Shown: in pieces, positions 21,497 through 30,429 of the stretch
How the letters are laid out: each line of letters opens with the position of its first letter
How positions within the stretch are numbered: position 1 is the stretch's first letter
NCBI GenBank assembly: GCA_963767515.1
Contig: CAVYER010000006.1
Span: 52,568-116,567, forward strand
Source of the DNA: an uncultured Alphaproteobacteria bacterium
GTDB lineage: Bacteria; Pseudomonadota; Alphaproteobacteria; Rhizobiales; Xanthobacteraceae
Direction of reading: 5' to 3'
Length of the DNA: 64,000 nt
The notes under the pieces: model-generated
Database searches by the model: none
What the model saw: only the letters and a program-made list of their open reading frames with translations
What the model was told of the DNA's origin: nothing
Position numbers and translations under genes: made by a program

Positions 21497-22483
21497 ATGG
21501 CTTCGCGAAATCCGCCGCCTTCCGATCTCGCCCGCGGTATCCGCTCCGGCGACCGCGCCACGCTGGCGCGTGCGATCACGCTGATCGAGAGCAAGCGTGC
21601 AGATCACCGCAAGACCGCGCATCACCTGGTGCAGGAGCTGCTTTCATTCACCGGCAAGGCCGTTCGGTTGGGAATCACCGGCGCCCCCGGCGTCGGTAAA
21701 TCGACCACCATTGACGTCCTCGGAACTTATCTCACGGGCAAAGGCCATAAGGTCGCGGTGCTGGCCGTCGACCCTTCCTCGACTCGCACGGGTGGCTCAA
21801 TCCTCGGTGACAAGACGCGAATGGCGCAGCTAGCGAGCGACGTGAACGCTTTCGTGCGCCCCTCGCCGTCCTCCGGCACACTCGGCGGCGTCGCTGCCAA
21901 GACGCGCGAGACGATGCTGGTTTGCGAGGCAGCGGGCTACGACGTCGTAATCGTCGAAACGGTCGGGATCGGCCAGTCCGAGACCACCGTCGCCGACATG
22001 ACCGATTTTTTCCTCGTGCTGATGCTGCCGGGCGCGGGCGATGAATTGCAGGGCCTGAAGAAAGGCATCGTCGAACTCGCCGATATGATCGCCGTCAACA
22101 AGGCCGATGGAGACAATATCGAGCGCGCCAAGGTCGCGGCGGCAGAATACCGCGCCGCGTTGAATATCCTGACGCCGCATTCCGCAACCTGGTCACCACC
22201 GGTGATGACCTACTCGGCCCTGACCGGTAACGGCATTGCCGATTTGTGGACGCAGGTGCTCACGCATAAAGACAAAATGACCGCATCAGGCGATCTGCTG
22301 GCGCGACGACGCGACCAGCAAGTCAAATGGATGTGGACGATGCTGGAGGAACGCCTCACCGCGCGTCTGCGCAGTGATCCGGCTGTGCGCGGTAAACTCA
22401 AGACGGCGGAGACGCAGGTCGCCGCCGGTAAACTGGCGCCAACCCTCGCCGTGGAAGAAATCGCAAAACTGCTAGGCGTCTAG
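21497..22483 (+). CDS. meaB: Methylmalonyl-CoA mutase-associated GTPase MeaB/ArgK
   Basis: GAPGVGKST, VDPSS..TGGSILGDKTRM, ETVGIGQSE, NKAD. Confidence 0.96.
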   Translation: MASRNPPPSDLARGIRSGDRATLARAITLIESKRADHRKTAHHLVQELLSFTGKAVRLGITGAPGVGKSTTIDVLGTYLTGKGHKVAVLAVDPSSTRTGGSILGDKTRMAQLASDVNAFVRPSPSSGTLGGVAAKTRETMLVCEAAGYDVVIVETVGIGQSETTVADMTDFFLVLMLPGAGDELQGLKKGIVELADMIAVNKADGDNIERAKVAAAEYRAALNILTPHSATWSPPVMTYSALTGNGIADLWTQVLTHKDKMTASGDLLARRRDQQVKWMWTMLEERLTARLRSDPAVRGKLKTAETQVAAGKLAPTLAVEEIAKLLGV

Positions 22484-23113
22484 ATGGCGGTTACCATCCT
22501 CGTTACCGGCTTTGGTCCATTTCCTGGCGCGCCATTCAATCCAACGGGACCATTGGTCGAACGGCTTGCGCGGCTGCGGCGGCCAGCGCTGGCCGACATT
22601 AAAATCATCTCTTACATCTTTCCGACCAGTTATGCCGCTGTTGACCGCGAATTACCGAAGCTTATCGCCCGTCACAAACCGCACGCACTATTAATGTTTG
22701 GGCTGGCTGCGCGAACGAAATCACTGCGCATCGAGACGCGCGCGCGCAACGCGTTGGCGCTTCTGTCCGATGTTTCAGGTCAATCGCTGGACCGAAATTC
22801 CATCCTCTACGGCGGCCCATCAACCGTGGCGCTACCGACCCAAACGCGTCCCTTGCTCACGGTCGCTCACAATGCTTGCGTGCCCGTCACGCTATCGCGC
22901 GATGCGGGACGATATTTGTGCAACTATTTGTGTTGGCGCGCGGCGGAGGCATCCCGAAAAGACGGCGGCCCACGACTGGCCGCTTTTGTCCACGTGCCAG
23001 CCATTCAGCGCACGGTGAGGCCAAAGACGAAGCGACGCCGGCTGACTCTCGACGATCTGACCCGCGCGGGAAGCAACGTTCTGTTGGCATTGGCTGCAGC
23101 AGCACGGCGTTAA
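22484..23113 (+). CDS. pcp: Pyroglutamyl-peptidase I (C15)
   Basis: LVTGFGPF..NP, IETRARN, SRDAGRYLCN, FVHVP (E-C-H triad). Confidence 0.9.
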   Translation: MAVTILVTGFGPFPGAPFNPTGPLVERLARLRRPALADIKIISYIFPTSYAAVDRELPKLIARHKPHALLMFGLAARTKSLRIETRARNALALLSDVSGQSLDRNSILYGGPSTVALPTQTRPLLTVAHNACVPVTLSRDAGRYLCNYLCWRAAEASRKDGGPRLAAFVHVPAIQRTVRPKTKRRRLTLDDLTRAGSNVLLALAAAARR

Positions 23114-23128
23114 CTTCCCGGGAGCATC

Positions 23129-24481
23129 ATGCGCGTCATGATCCACGCATTACCGATCGATCGCCGTCAACTTCTGATGGGCACTCTCACAACCGCCGCC
23201 GCGTTCGCTGCGCCACTCTCGGCCTATGGCCTTGACGCGGCGCAATTCGGCGTGCACGCGGGAGCGGTCGACGACCAGAGCCGCACACTCCAGCGCGCAC
23301 TCGACCAGGCTGCCCGTACGCGCGCGCCGCTCATCCTTGCGCCGGGTGTCTACCGCGCAGGCAACCTTAACCTGCCTGCCGGTGCGCAGCTTTTCGGCGT
23401 GCGCGGCGCCACGCGCCTGATCCTGACGCACGGACCGTCGCTACTGTCCACCGAGGGCGGCGACAGTGTCACGCTGTCCGGACTCACGCTCGAGGGCGGC
23501 GGCCAGGTTCTGCCGCAACATCGGGGCCTGGTGCATTTCACAGCGGCGAAAGGCGTCCGAATCGTCGATTGCACAATTGTCGGCGCCGGCGGCAATGGCG
23601 TTGCGCTTGAGCGTTGTGACGGCAGCGTCACCGCCTGCGCCATCACCGGCGCCGAGGACAACGCATTGTTCTGCGTCGACGGCACTGGCCTCATCATTAG
23701 CGCCAACACTATCCGCAATTCCGGCAATGGCGGCATTCGTGTATGGCAAAGCGTCAAGCGTCACGATGGCAGCATCGTTGCGGACAACACGATCGAAGAT
23801 ACCGCGGCACGCGCTGGTGGCACCGGCGAGAATGGCAATGCCATCAACGTTTTTCGTGCCGCCGATGTTATCGTTCGCAACAACATGATCCGCCGTGCCG
23901 CGTTCTCCGCTATCCGCGGCAATGCCGCTTCTAGCATTCAAATCGTCGGCAACAACTGCGCTGAGCTCAAAGAGACCGCGATGTATGCCGAGTTCGATTT
24001 CGAAGGAGCGATTGTTGCAGATAATGTGATCGACACGGCCGAAAATGGAATTGCTATCACGAATTTTAACAATGGCGGACGCCTTGCGATCGTGCACGGC
24101 AATCTTTTGCGCAATGTCGGCGTGCGCAGGCCGGACAACCCGCCGGAAGGCGCCGGCATCGGAATCGGCGTCGAAGCAGAAACCGCTGTGACCGGCAATG
24201 TGATCGAAAACGCACCCCATGCGGGCATCCGGCTCGGCTTCGGCCCCTACCTGCGCAACGTGACGGCCAATGGCAACGTCATACGCGACGCCGGCATTGG
24301 TATCGCCGCGTCTGTTGTGCAGGGCGCCGGCAGCGCCACAATTACAGGCAATATCATCCAAGGCGCCAAACGCGGCGCGATCGTCGGCATGGAATGGCAC
24401 AAGCCTGTGACCGGCGACCTTGCCCAAGATGGCGCCGACCGCTACCCGCATCTCAAGCTCAGCGGAAACCAGACCAGATAA
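23129..24481 (+). CDS. TAT-exported parallel beta-helix protein (TIGR03808-like)
   Basis: DRRQLL twin-arginine signal, repeated I..N.I beta-helix turns, GNGGIRVW, YAEFDFEGA. Confidence 0.85.
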   Translation: MRVMIHALPIDRRQLLMGTLTTAAAFAAPLSAYGLDAAQFGVHAGAVDDQSRTLQRALDQAARTRAPLILAPGVYRAGNLNLPAGAQLFGVRGATRLILTHGPSLLSTEGGDSVTLSGLTLEGGGQVLPQHRGLVHFTAAKGVRIVDCTIVGAGGNGVALERCDGSVTACAITGAEDNALFCVDGTGLIISANTIRNSGNGGIRVWQSVKRHDGSIVADNTIEDTAARAGGTGENGNAINVFRAADVIVRNNMIRRAAFSAIRGNAASSIQIVGNNCAELKETAMYAEFDFEGAIVADNVIDTAENGIAITNFNNGGRLAIVHGNLLRNVGVRRPDNPPEGAGIGIGVEAETAVTGNVIENAPHAGIRLGFGPYLRNVTANGNVIRDAGIGIAASVVQGAGSATITGNIIQGAKRGAIVGMEWHKPVTGDLAQDGADRYPHLKLSGNQTR

Positions 24482-24571
24482 GCGCCGCGATCCGGCACAT
24501 TGCGGTCTTTTAATGATAGATACGCCGGGTTGCCTCGCTTAGGCCGCGAACCCATTTATAGTTCTGATGTC

Positions 24572-25354
24572 ATGCCAACCATCCGCCGCACCCGCAAACG
24601 CAAGGCCCTCATGCTCGCTATCTTCGCTTTATTTCTCGGCCCCATTATCGCGCGCGCCGCTCTCTACGCGGTCGGCAATGAGCCGCGCTCGTGGCGTGAC
24701 GCCGATTGGTCGAGCACCGGTCTGCTGCCAAAGGCGAGCGCCGATCCACAAGCACGCGTGACCATATTTACCGGCACCGCTGGCGCCTGGAAGGGCATTT
24801 TCGCCGTGCATAGCTGGATCGTTCTCAAGCACGCGAACGCCACCAATTGGACCCGCTACGACGTCGTTGGTTGGGGTGAGCCGGTGCGCACCAACAATTG
24901 GCCGGCCGACGGACGCTGGTTCGGAAACCCGCCTGTGGCGATTGCCGATATTTCCGGCGCTGACGCCGAAAAGCTGATTCCGCGGATCGAGACCGCAATC
25001 GCCAATTATCGTTTCGCACGCGCCGGCGATTACCGCATCTGGCCAGGCCCGAACAGCAACAGCTTCGTCGCTTCAATCCTGCGCTCGGTCCCCGAACTCG
25101 GCATTAGCCTCCCGCCCAATGCGGTCGGCCGCGATTTTCGCGGCGGCGTTTATGCCGGCCTGACCGACAGCCGCACCGGAATTGAGTTCAATTTGAACGG
25201 TCTTGCGGCCATCAAGCTTGGCTGGGTTGAAGGTATTGAGTTGAATTTGCTTGGCCTGGTCGCGGGGGTCGATTTGCGGCATCCCGGTTTGAAGCTGCCG
25301 GGGTTTGGCCGCTTAGGCCTTGAGTCACCGGTGGCAACCGCATTGGCACGCTGA
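24572..25354 (+). CDS. DUF3750 family protein
   Basis: N-terminal TM, WRDADWSS.GLLP, AVHSWI, YRIWPGPNSNSF. Confidence 0.82.
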   Translation: MPTIRRTRKRKALMLAIFALFLGPIIARAALYAVGNEPRSWRDADWSSTGLLPKASADPQARVTIFTGTAGAWKGIFAVHSWIVLKHANATNWTRYDVVGWGEPVRTNNWPADGRWFGNPPVAIADISGADAEKLIPRIETAIANYRFARAGDYRIWPGPNSNSFVASILRSVPELGISLPPNAVGRDFRGGVYAGLTDSRTGIEFNLNGLAAIKLGWVEGIELNLLGLVAGVDLRHPGLKLPGFGRLGLESPVATALAR

Positions 25355-25452
25355 ATTTCATAGCTTGCATGCTGATTTGTCGTGCCGCCAAATCGGCGGG
25401 GTGACGCAGGCGCGTGCTTCATGGCAAGTTGTCGACGCAATCGAGGCTTCCG

Positions 25453-26424
25453 ATGCGCAACACATTGCCGCTGCTCGACAAGATTTGATTTCCGGCCATC
25501 CGGCGCGGCAAGCTGGAAACGCTGCAAATCAACGTCGGCTATCGCTGCAACCAGTCCTGTGTCCATTGTCACGTCAATGCCGGTCCTAACCGAACCGAAG
25601 AAATGACGGGTGCGGTTGCCGATTTGGTCCTCGACTTTCTCCGGCGTCAAAAGATACCGACGCTCGACATCACCGGCGGAGCGCCCGAGCTCAATCCGCA
25701 TTTCCGGCGATTGGTGCGCGCGGCGCGCAAACTCGACATCAAAGTGATGGATCGCTGCAACCTCACGATCCTGGAGCAGCCTGGCCAGGAGGATCTTGCC
25801 GAATTTCTGGCGAGCGAACGTGTCGAAGTGGTCGCGTCGATGCCATGCTATTTGCGGGATAATGTCGAACATCAGCGTGGCAAAGGCGTTTTTGACGGTT
25901 CGATCCGCGGGCTCAAGCGGCTCAACGCGATCGGTTATGGCCGCGACCCCACACTGCCGCTTCATCTGGTTTACAACCCACAGGGCCCGTCGCTGCCTCC
26001 ATCACAAGGCACGCTCGAGGCTGATTACAAGCGGGTGCTCGTCGAGCAATTTGGCATTGTCTTCAACAAACTGTACGTGCTCGCCAACATGCCGATCCAG
26101 CGCTTCGGATCCATGCTGATCACGCGCGGCGAGTTCGAAAGCTACCTGGGTCTGCTGCAAGACGCCCATCTCGACGCCAATCTCGGAGGCGTGATGTGTC
26201 GCAGCCTGCTCTCGGTGGATTGGCGAGGCTATGTTTACGATTGTGACTTCAATCAGATGCTCGACCTGCCAATGGCGCGCGGTCAAAACAGACGCGTCCA
26301 TTTGACCGATCTGCTCGACGACACGATCGACGGCAATCCGATCCGCGTTGCAGGACATTGTTACGGCTGCACGGCGGGACAAGGATCGAGCTGCGGTGGC
26401 GCATTGAAAGAGGCAGCGGAATGA
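25453..26424 (+). pseudogene. arsS: Radical SAM protein ArsS / TIGR04167 family, interrupted by an in-frame TGA at 25486 (pseudogene, recoded, or sequence error)
   Basis: ATG 25453 reads MRNTLPLLDKI*FPAIRRGKLETLQINVGYRCNQSCVHCH, in frame with ORF 25603-26424 (DITGGAPE, YDCDFNQ, HCYGCTAGQGSSCGG). Confidence 0.8.
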
Positions 26425-27104
26425 CCCTGTCGATCATCATGCCGGTGCTGGATGAAGCCGCCGGCATCGAGGCCACATTGGCGGCACTTGCGCCCTATCG
26501 GACGCGCGGCTGCGAGTTGATCGTGGTTGACGGCGGAAGTCGTGACGGGACGCTTGCTTTGGCGAGCGATCTCGCCGACCGCGTGCTCGCCGCTCCGCGC
26601 GGTCGCGCCGCCCAAATGAACGCGGGCGCCTCTGTCGCGCGCGGAGACGTACTTCTCTTCTTGCACGCCGACACAAAGCTGCCCGCAAACGCAGATGCCC
26701 TTATACGCGACGGCCTTGCACAATCTGGCCGCGTCTGGGGCCGTTTCGACGTCCGCTTCGATCAGGACGGGATCATGCCGTTGATCGCTATCATGATGAA
26801 CCTGCGCTCGCGCCTGACCGGCATCGCCACCGGCGACCAGGCGATCTTTGTCACCCGTGCGGCGTTCGACGCAATTGGCGGCTTCCCAGCCCAGCCGCTG
26901 ATGGAGGATATCGCACTATCGTCGCGCATTAGGCGCATCAGCCGCCCGGCATATATCCGCGCGCGCGTTATGACGTCAGCGCGCCGCTGGCGAAAGCAAG
27001 GTATCCTGCGTACGGTATTTCTGATGTGGCGACTGCGCTTGGCTTATTTCCTCGGCGCCGATCCGGCACACCTCGCGCGCCAATACGGCTATGCCGACCG
27101 ATAA
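26421..27104 (+). CDS. GT2 glycosyltransferase, TIGR04283-like (rSAM/arsenosugar-associated)
   Basis: SIIMPVLDE, VDGGSRD, GRAAQMNAG, FLHADT, TGDQ, LMED, SARRW; ATGA overlap. Confidence 0.9.
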   Translation: MTLSIIMPVLDEAAGIEATLAALAPYRTRGCELIVVDGGSRDGTLALASDLADRVLAAPRGRAAQMNAGASVARGDVLLFLHADTKLPANADALIRDGLAQSGRVWGRFDVRFDQDGIMPLIAIMMNLRSRLTGIATGDQAIFVTRAAFDAIGGFPAQPLMEDIALSSRIRRISRPAYIRARVMTSARRWRKQGILRTVFLMWRLRLAYFLGADPAHLARQYGYADR

Positions 27105-27714
27105 TCCGGTCTCGATCGCAATTCTGGCGAAAGCTCCGATTCCCGGGGCCGTCAAGACGCGTCTTATTCCGACGATCGGAGCCCATGCCGCGGCTGTGCT
27201 CCAGGAGCGGCTGACCGAACGCGCAATTGCGACCTCGCTTGCCGCCGATGTTGGCCCGGTGACGTTGTGGTGCTCACCCGATGCCACCCACAGCACGTTC
27301 CTCAAATTGGTTATGCAGCAGCGCATTATCCTCAAGCGGCAACCCGAGGGCGACCTCGGCGCACGCATGTTGGCCGCAACGGCGGCAAGCAGCAGCCCTG
27401 TCCTCGTGATCGGTACCGATTGCCCGGCGTTGACCGAATTGCACCTGCGCGGGGCCGCGAATGCGCTGCTAGAGGGCAATGACGTCATCATTATCCCGGC
27501 CGAAGATGGTGGTTATGTTCTCATCGGCACACGCGCGCCGCAGCCCGCGATATTTGCCGGCATTGCATGGGGCACAAGCACAGTGCTCACGGATACCCAT
27601 GCGCGCATCATCGAGCAACGTCTCGTATTGACTGAACAGCCTCCGCTCTGGGACGTCGATACCGAAGCCGATCTTGCCAGGCTCGAGCGCGAGTTTCCTG
27701 AACTTAAATTGTAA
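27091..27714 (+). CDS. TIGR04282/DUF2064-like transferase (rSAM/arsenosugar-associated)
   Basis: AKAP.PG.VKTRL, Q.EGDLG.RM, IGTDCP, PAEDGGYVLIG, DVDT..DL. Confidence 0.9.
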   Translation: MPTDNPVSIAILAKAPIPGAVKTRLIPTIGAHAAAVLQERLTERAIATSLAADVGPVTLWCSPDATHSTFLKLVMQQRIILKRQPEGDLGARMLAATAASSSPVLVIGTDCPALTELHLRGAANALLEGNDVIIIPAEDGGYVLIGTRAPQPAIFAGIAWGTSTVLTDTHARIIEQRLVLTEQPPLWDVDTEADLARLEREFPELKL

Positions 27715-27717
27715 TGG

Positions 27718-28563
27718 CTATTGCAGACGTATCAGGATCAATCCGCAGACAATCAGGCACGCGGCAATGATACGAACGGCGCGCAGCGGCTCCTTCAACA
27801 CGACGACGGCAATGACGGCGCCGAAAAGTACACTCGTTTCGCGTAGTGTGGCGACCACTGCGATGGGTGCCGCTGTCATCGCCCAAATTGCTATGCCGTA
27901 GGAAAGAAATTGCAGCGCGCCCCCGGCAAGGCCGCGCTGCCAGTACTGCTGCATCGCTGGGACCACGTCGCGCCCGTCGCGAAAAAGTGCATAAGGCAGC
28001 ATGACAATCGCGATGCCGACAAACAACCATACTGAATAAGCGTTCGGATTGACGGAGAGCCGTGCACCGACGCCATCAACCACCGAATAGGCACAGACGG
28101 TCAGCGCCGTGAAAAAAGCAAAGCCTATCGCGCGACGGTCAATGCGGGCCAACTCACGGCCGCCCCGCGCCGACAGCAACAGGACGCCCGCGACGAGTGC
28201 AAATATTCCGATCCAGCCGACAACGCTCAGCTTCTCACCGATAAAAAATGTGGTCGCGGTCGCCGTCATCAGCGGCGCCGCACCCCGCGCGATCGGATAG
28301 ACCTGCCCAAGATCACCAGTACGGTAGGTTTCAATCAGCGAGGCAAAATAGACGAGATGAATTGCGACCGACGCGACCAACCACGGCCACGCGGCCCACG
28401 CCGGCACACCCACAAGCGGGATAAACACCACCGCAACAACCCCTGAGCCGATCGAGATAAGTGTCGTCGTGGAGAGCGGATCCAGCCCAACTTTGATCAG
28501 TGCGTTCCAGCCGGCGTGGCAGGCAGCGGCGAACAAAACGGCGAGGAAAACGATGTTTTCCAT
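27718..28563 (-). CDS. EamA/DMT family transporter
   Basis: About ten TMs, HAGWNALIK, VYPIARG, LRETSVLF. Confidence 0.9.
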   Translation of the reverse strand: MENIVFLAVLFAAACHAGWNALIKVGLDPLSTTTLISIGSGVVAVVFIPLVGVPAWAAWPWLVASVAIHLVYFASLIETYRTGDLGQVYPIARGAAPLMTATATTFFIGEKLSVVGWIGIFALVAGVLLLSARGGRELARIDRRAIGFAFFTALTVCAYSVVDGVGARLSVNPNAYSVWLFVGIAIVMLPYALFRDGRDVVPAMQQYWQRGLAGGALQFLSYGIAIWAMTAAPIAVVATLRETSVLFGAVIAVVVLKEPLRAVRIIAACLIVCGLILIRLQ

Positions 28564-28576
28564 TGCCGTATCCGGA

Positions 28577-29677
28577 TCACGCTTTGGCCGCTGCCGGCGC
28601 CCATAATTTCGGGCCCGCGCGCTGATATTGCGGCGGACGCACCACTTCAGCGCCCAGGGACTTCGCTGCGTGCCAACCCCAATGCGGATCGTCGAGGAAA
28701 CAGCGCGCCATCGACACCAAATCGGCCTGACCTTTGGCCACGATGTCCTCAGCATGCTCGGGTTTCACGATCAGACCCACAGTTCGTGTCGTAATTCCGG
28801 CTTCTTTTTTCACGCGTGCGGCGATGGGCACATTGTAGCCGGGCTCTGTGGGATTGCGGATATCGCCGGCGACACCACCGGATGAGATACAGATAAAATC
28901 AAACCCTTCGCTCTTCAGCGCCTTGGCGATTGCCACCGCATCGTCCGCCGTAAGGCCGCCCTCGCGCCAGTCGCTCCCCGTAATGCGGGCGCCCAATGGC
29001 ACGGTCTTCGGCACGACGGCGCGCACCGCGCGTGCGATCGACAATGGAAAGCGCAACCTGTTCTCGAGTGAACCGCCATATTGATCGCTACGCTTGTTGG
29101 AGATCGGCGACATGAACCCGTGGATTAGATAGCCGTGAGCCATGTGCAATTCGATTTCATCAAATCCGATTCGGAGCGCGCGCTGTACCGAGGCGACAAA
29201 AGCCAACCGCACGCGTTCCATGTCGGCTTCGGTGACTTCGCGCGGAATGTGCCAGCCCTCACCGAACGGGATCGGCGAGGCTGCAATTGTCGGCCACGGA
29301 TCGGCCTCCGGCTTGAGCGGACCGGCGCCTTCCCATGGACGTTGAGCCGAGCCCTTGCGGCCGGAATGAGCGATCTGGATACCGAATTTTGCGCTGCCCA
29401 TGCGCCGCGCCTGCCTAACCACGCGGGCCAAAGCTGCTTCGTTGTCGTCGGAATACAGGCCCAGGCAGCCGTGTGTAATTCGGCCGTGGCGCTCGACGTG
29501 GGTGGCCTCCACGACCACCAATGCGGCGCCTGAGTGGGCCATCATGCCGAGGTGCATGAGGTGCCAGTCATTGGCACAGCCATCGTCGGCCGAATATTGG
29601 CACATCGGCGAGACCACGATGCGGTTGGCAAGCTCAAGGCCCGCCATCCGAAAAGGCGTAAACAGGGTACTGGACAT
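28577..29677 (-). CDS. NADH:flavin oxidoreductase (old yellow enzyme, YqjM-like)
   Basis: NRIVVSPMCQYS, HSGRKGS, HMAHGYL, NKRSDQYGGSLENR. Confidence 0.93.
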   Translation of the reverse strand: MSSTLFTPFRMAGLELANRIVVSPMCQYSADDGCANDWHLMHLGMMAHSGAALVVVEATHVERHGRITHGCLGLYSDDNEAALARVVRQARRMGSAKFGIQIAHSGRKGSAQRPWEGAGPLKPEADPWPTIAASPIPFGEGWHIPREVTEADMERVRLAFVASVQRALRIGFDEIELHMAHGYLIHGFMSPISNKRSDQYGGSLENRLRFPLSIARAVRAVVPKTVPLGARITGSDWREGGLTADDAVAIAKALKSEGFDFICISSGGVAGDIRNPTEPGYNVPIAARVKKEAGITTRTVGLIVKPEHAEDIVAKGQADLVSMARCFLDDPHWGWHAAKSLGAEVVRPPQYQRAGPKLWAPAAAKA

Positions 29678-29713
29678 GAGTTTGTTTCGGCTCTGGCTGG
29701 GGTGCGTCGGAGT

Positions 29714-30022
29714 TTAGCGCTGCTGGATGGATTTCAGATACGCAATGATGGCACCGACATCGCGCGCGTCAAACGAGAATTCAGGCATGTCAGGATGGCC
29801 TGACATGATGCCCTCGCCCAGCGCCTCTTCCAGCGACTCGATCGGGTAACGCTGGCCGAGCGTGCGGAAAGGCGGAGCAACTTTATCCGGGCTCTCGCCG
29901 CTGCGGCCGACTGCGTGACACGGTGCACAGCTGCGCGTGAGCAATTCTTCGCCGCGCTTGAGGCTTTGGGCAGTTGCACCTTGTGATGGGATCGTGACCA
30001 AGGCCGCCACGGCGACGGCCAT
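29714..30022 (-). CDS. Small monoheme cytochrome c
   Basis: CAPCH heme motif, distal GHPDMP, signal-like N-terminus; start uncertain. Confidence 0.82.
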   Translation of the reverse strand: MAVAVAALVTIPSQGATAQSLKRGEELLTRSCAPCHAVGRSGESPDKVAPPFRTLGQRYPIESLEEALGEGIMSGHPDMPEFSFDARDVGAIIAYLKSIQQR

Positions 30023-30036
30023 CCCGGCCAGGAGCT

Positions 30037-30276
30037 TTAAGCGGCCGGCTGAAGAGCGCTTTTGCCGTTCCCCGAGCGTCGACCAGCTAGCTTGGCCCAG
30101 AGTGCGGCCGCACGTTCGGCCTCGCGCCGCTGCAACTTGAACTGTTCCTCGGCGTAGTACCATTTCCATCGACCGCTGCGATCAAGCTCGCCGAGATAGG
30201 CGAGCCGACGTTGCGCCAAGGCATGCCATTTCTCAGCGATCTTGTCGAAGCGAACTCCGCTTTGCACAGCCGCCAT
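30037..30276 (-). CDS. TIGR03809-like small protein
   Basis: W.ALA.RRL.YL.EL..SGRW..YY.E..F pattern. Confidence 0.72.
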   Translation of the reverse strand: MAAVQSGVRFDKIAEKWHALAQRRLAYLGELDRSGRWKWYYAEEQFKLQRREAERAAALWAKLAGRRSGNGKSALQPAA

Positions 30277-30429
30277 TGAGTGCCCCCCGGCACGCGCGAA
30301 TCCGGCGATCGAACGACGCCACGCGCATCGACGACAACCAAAAATTGCACGAAAACAACGGCATACAGCTTGTGGAAACCACAGCCATGTAAGCCGATTC
30401 GCGGCGGTTTCAAAGAGTCTGGATGTGCT

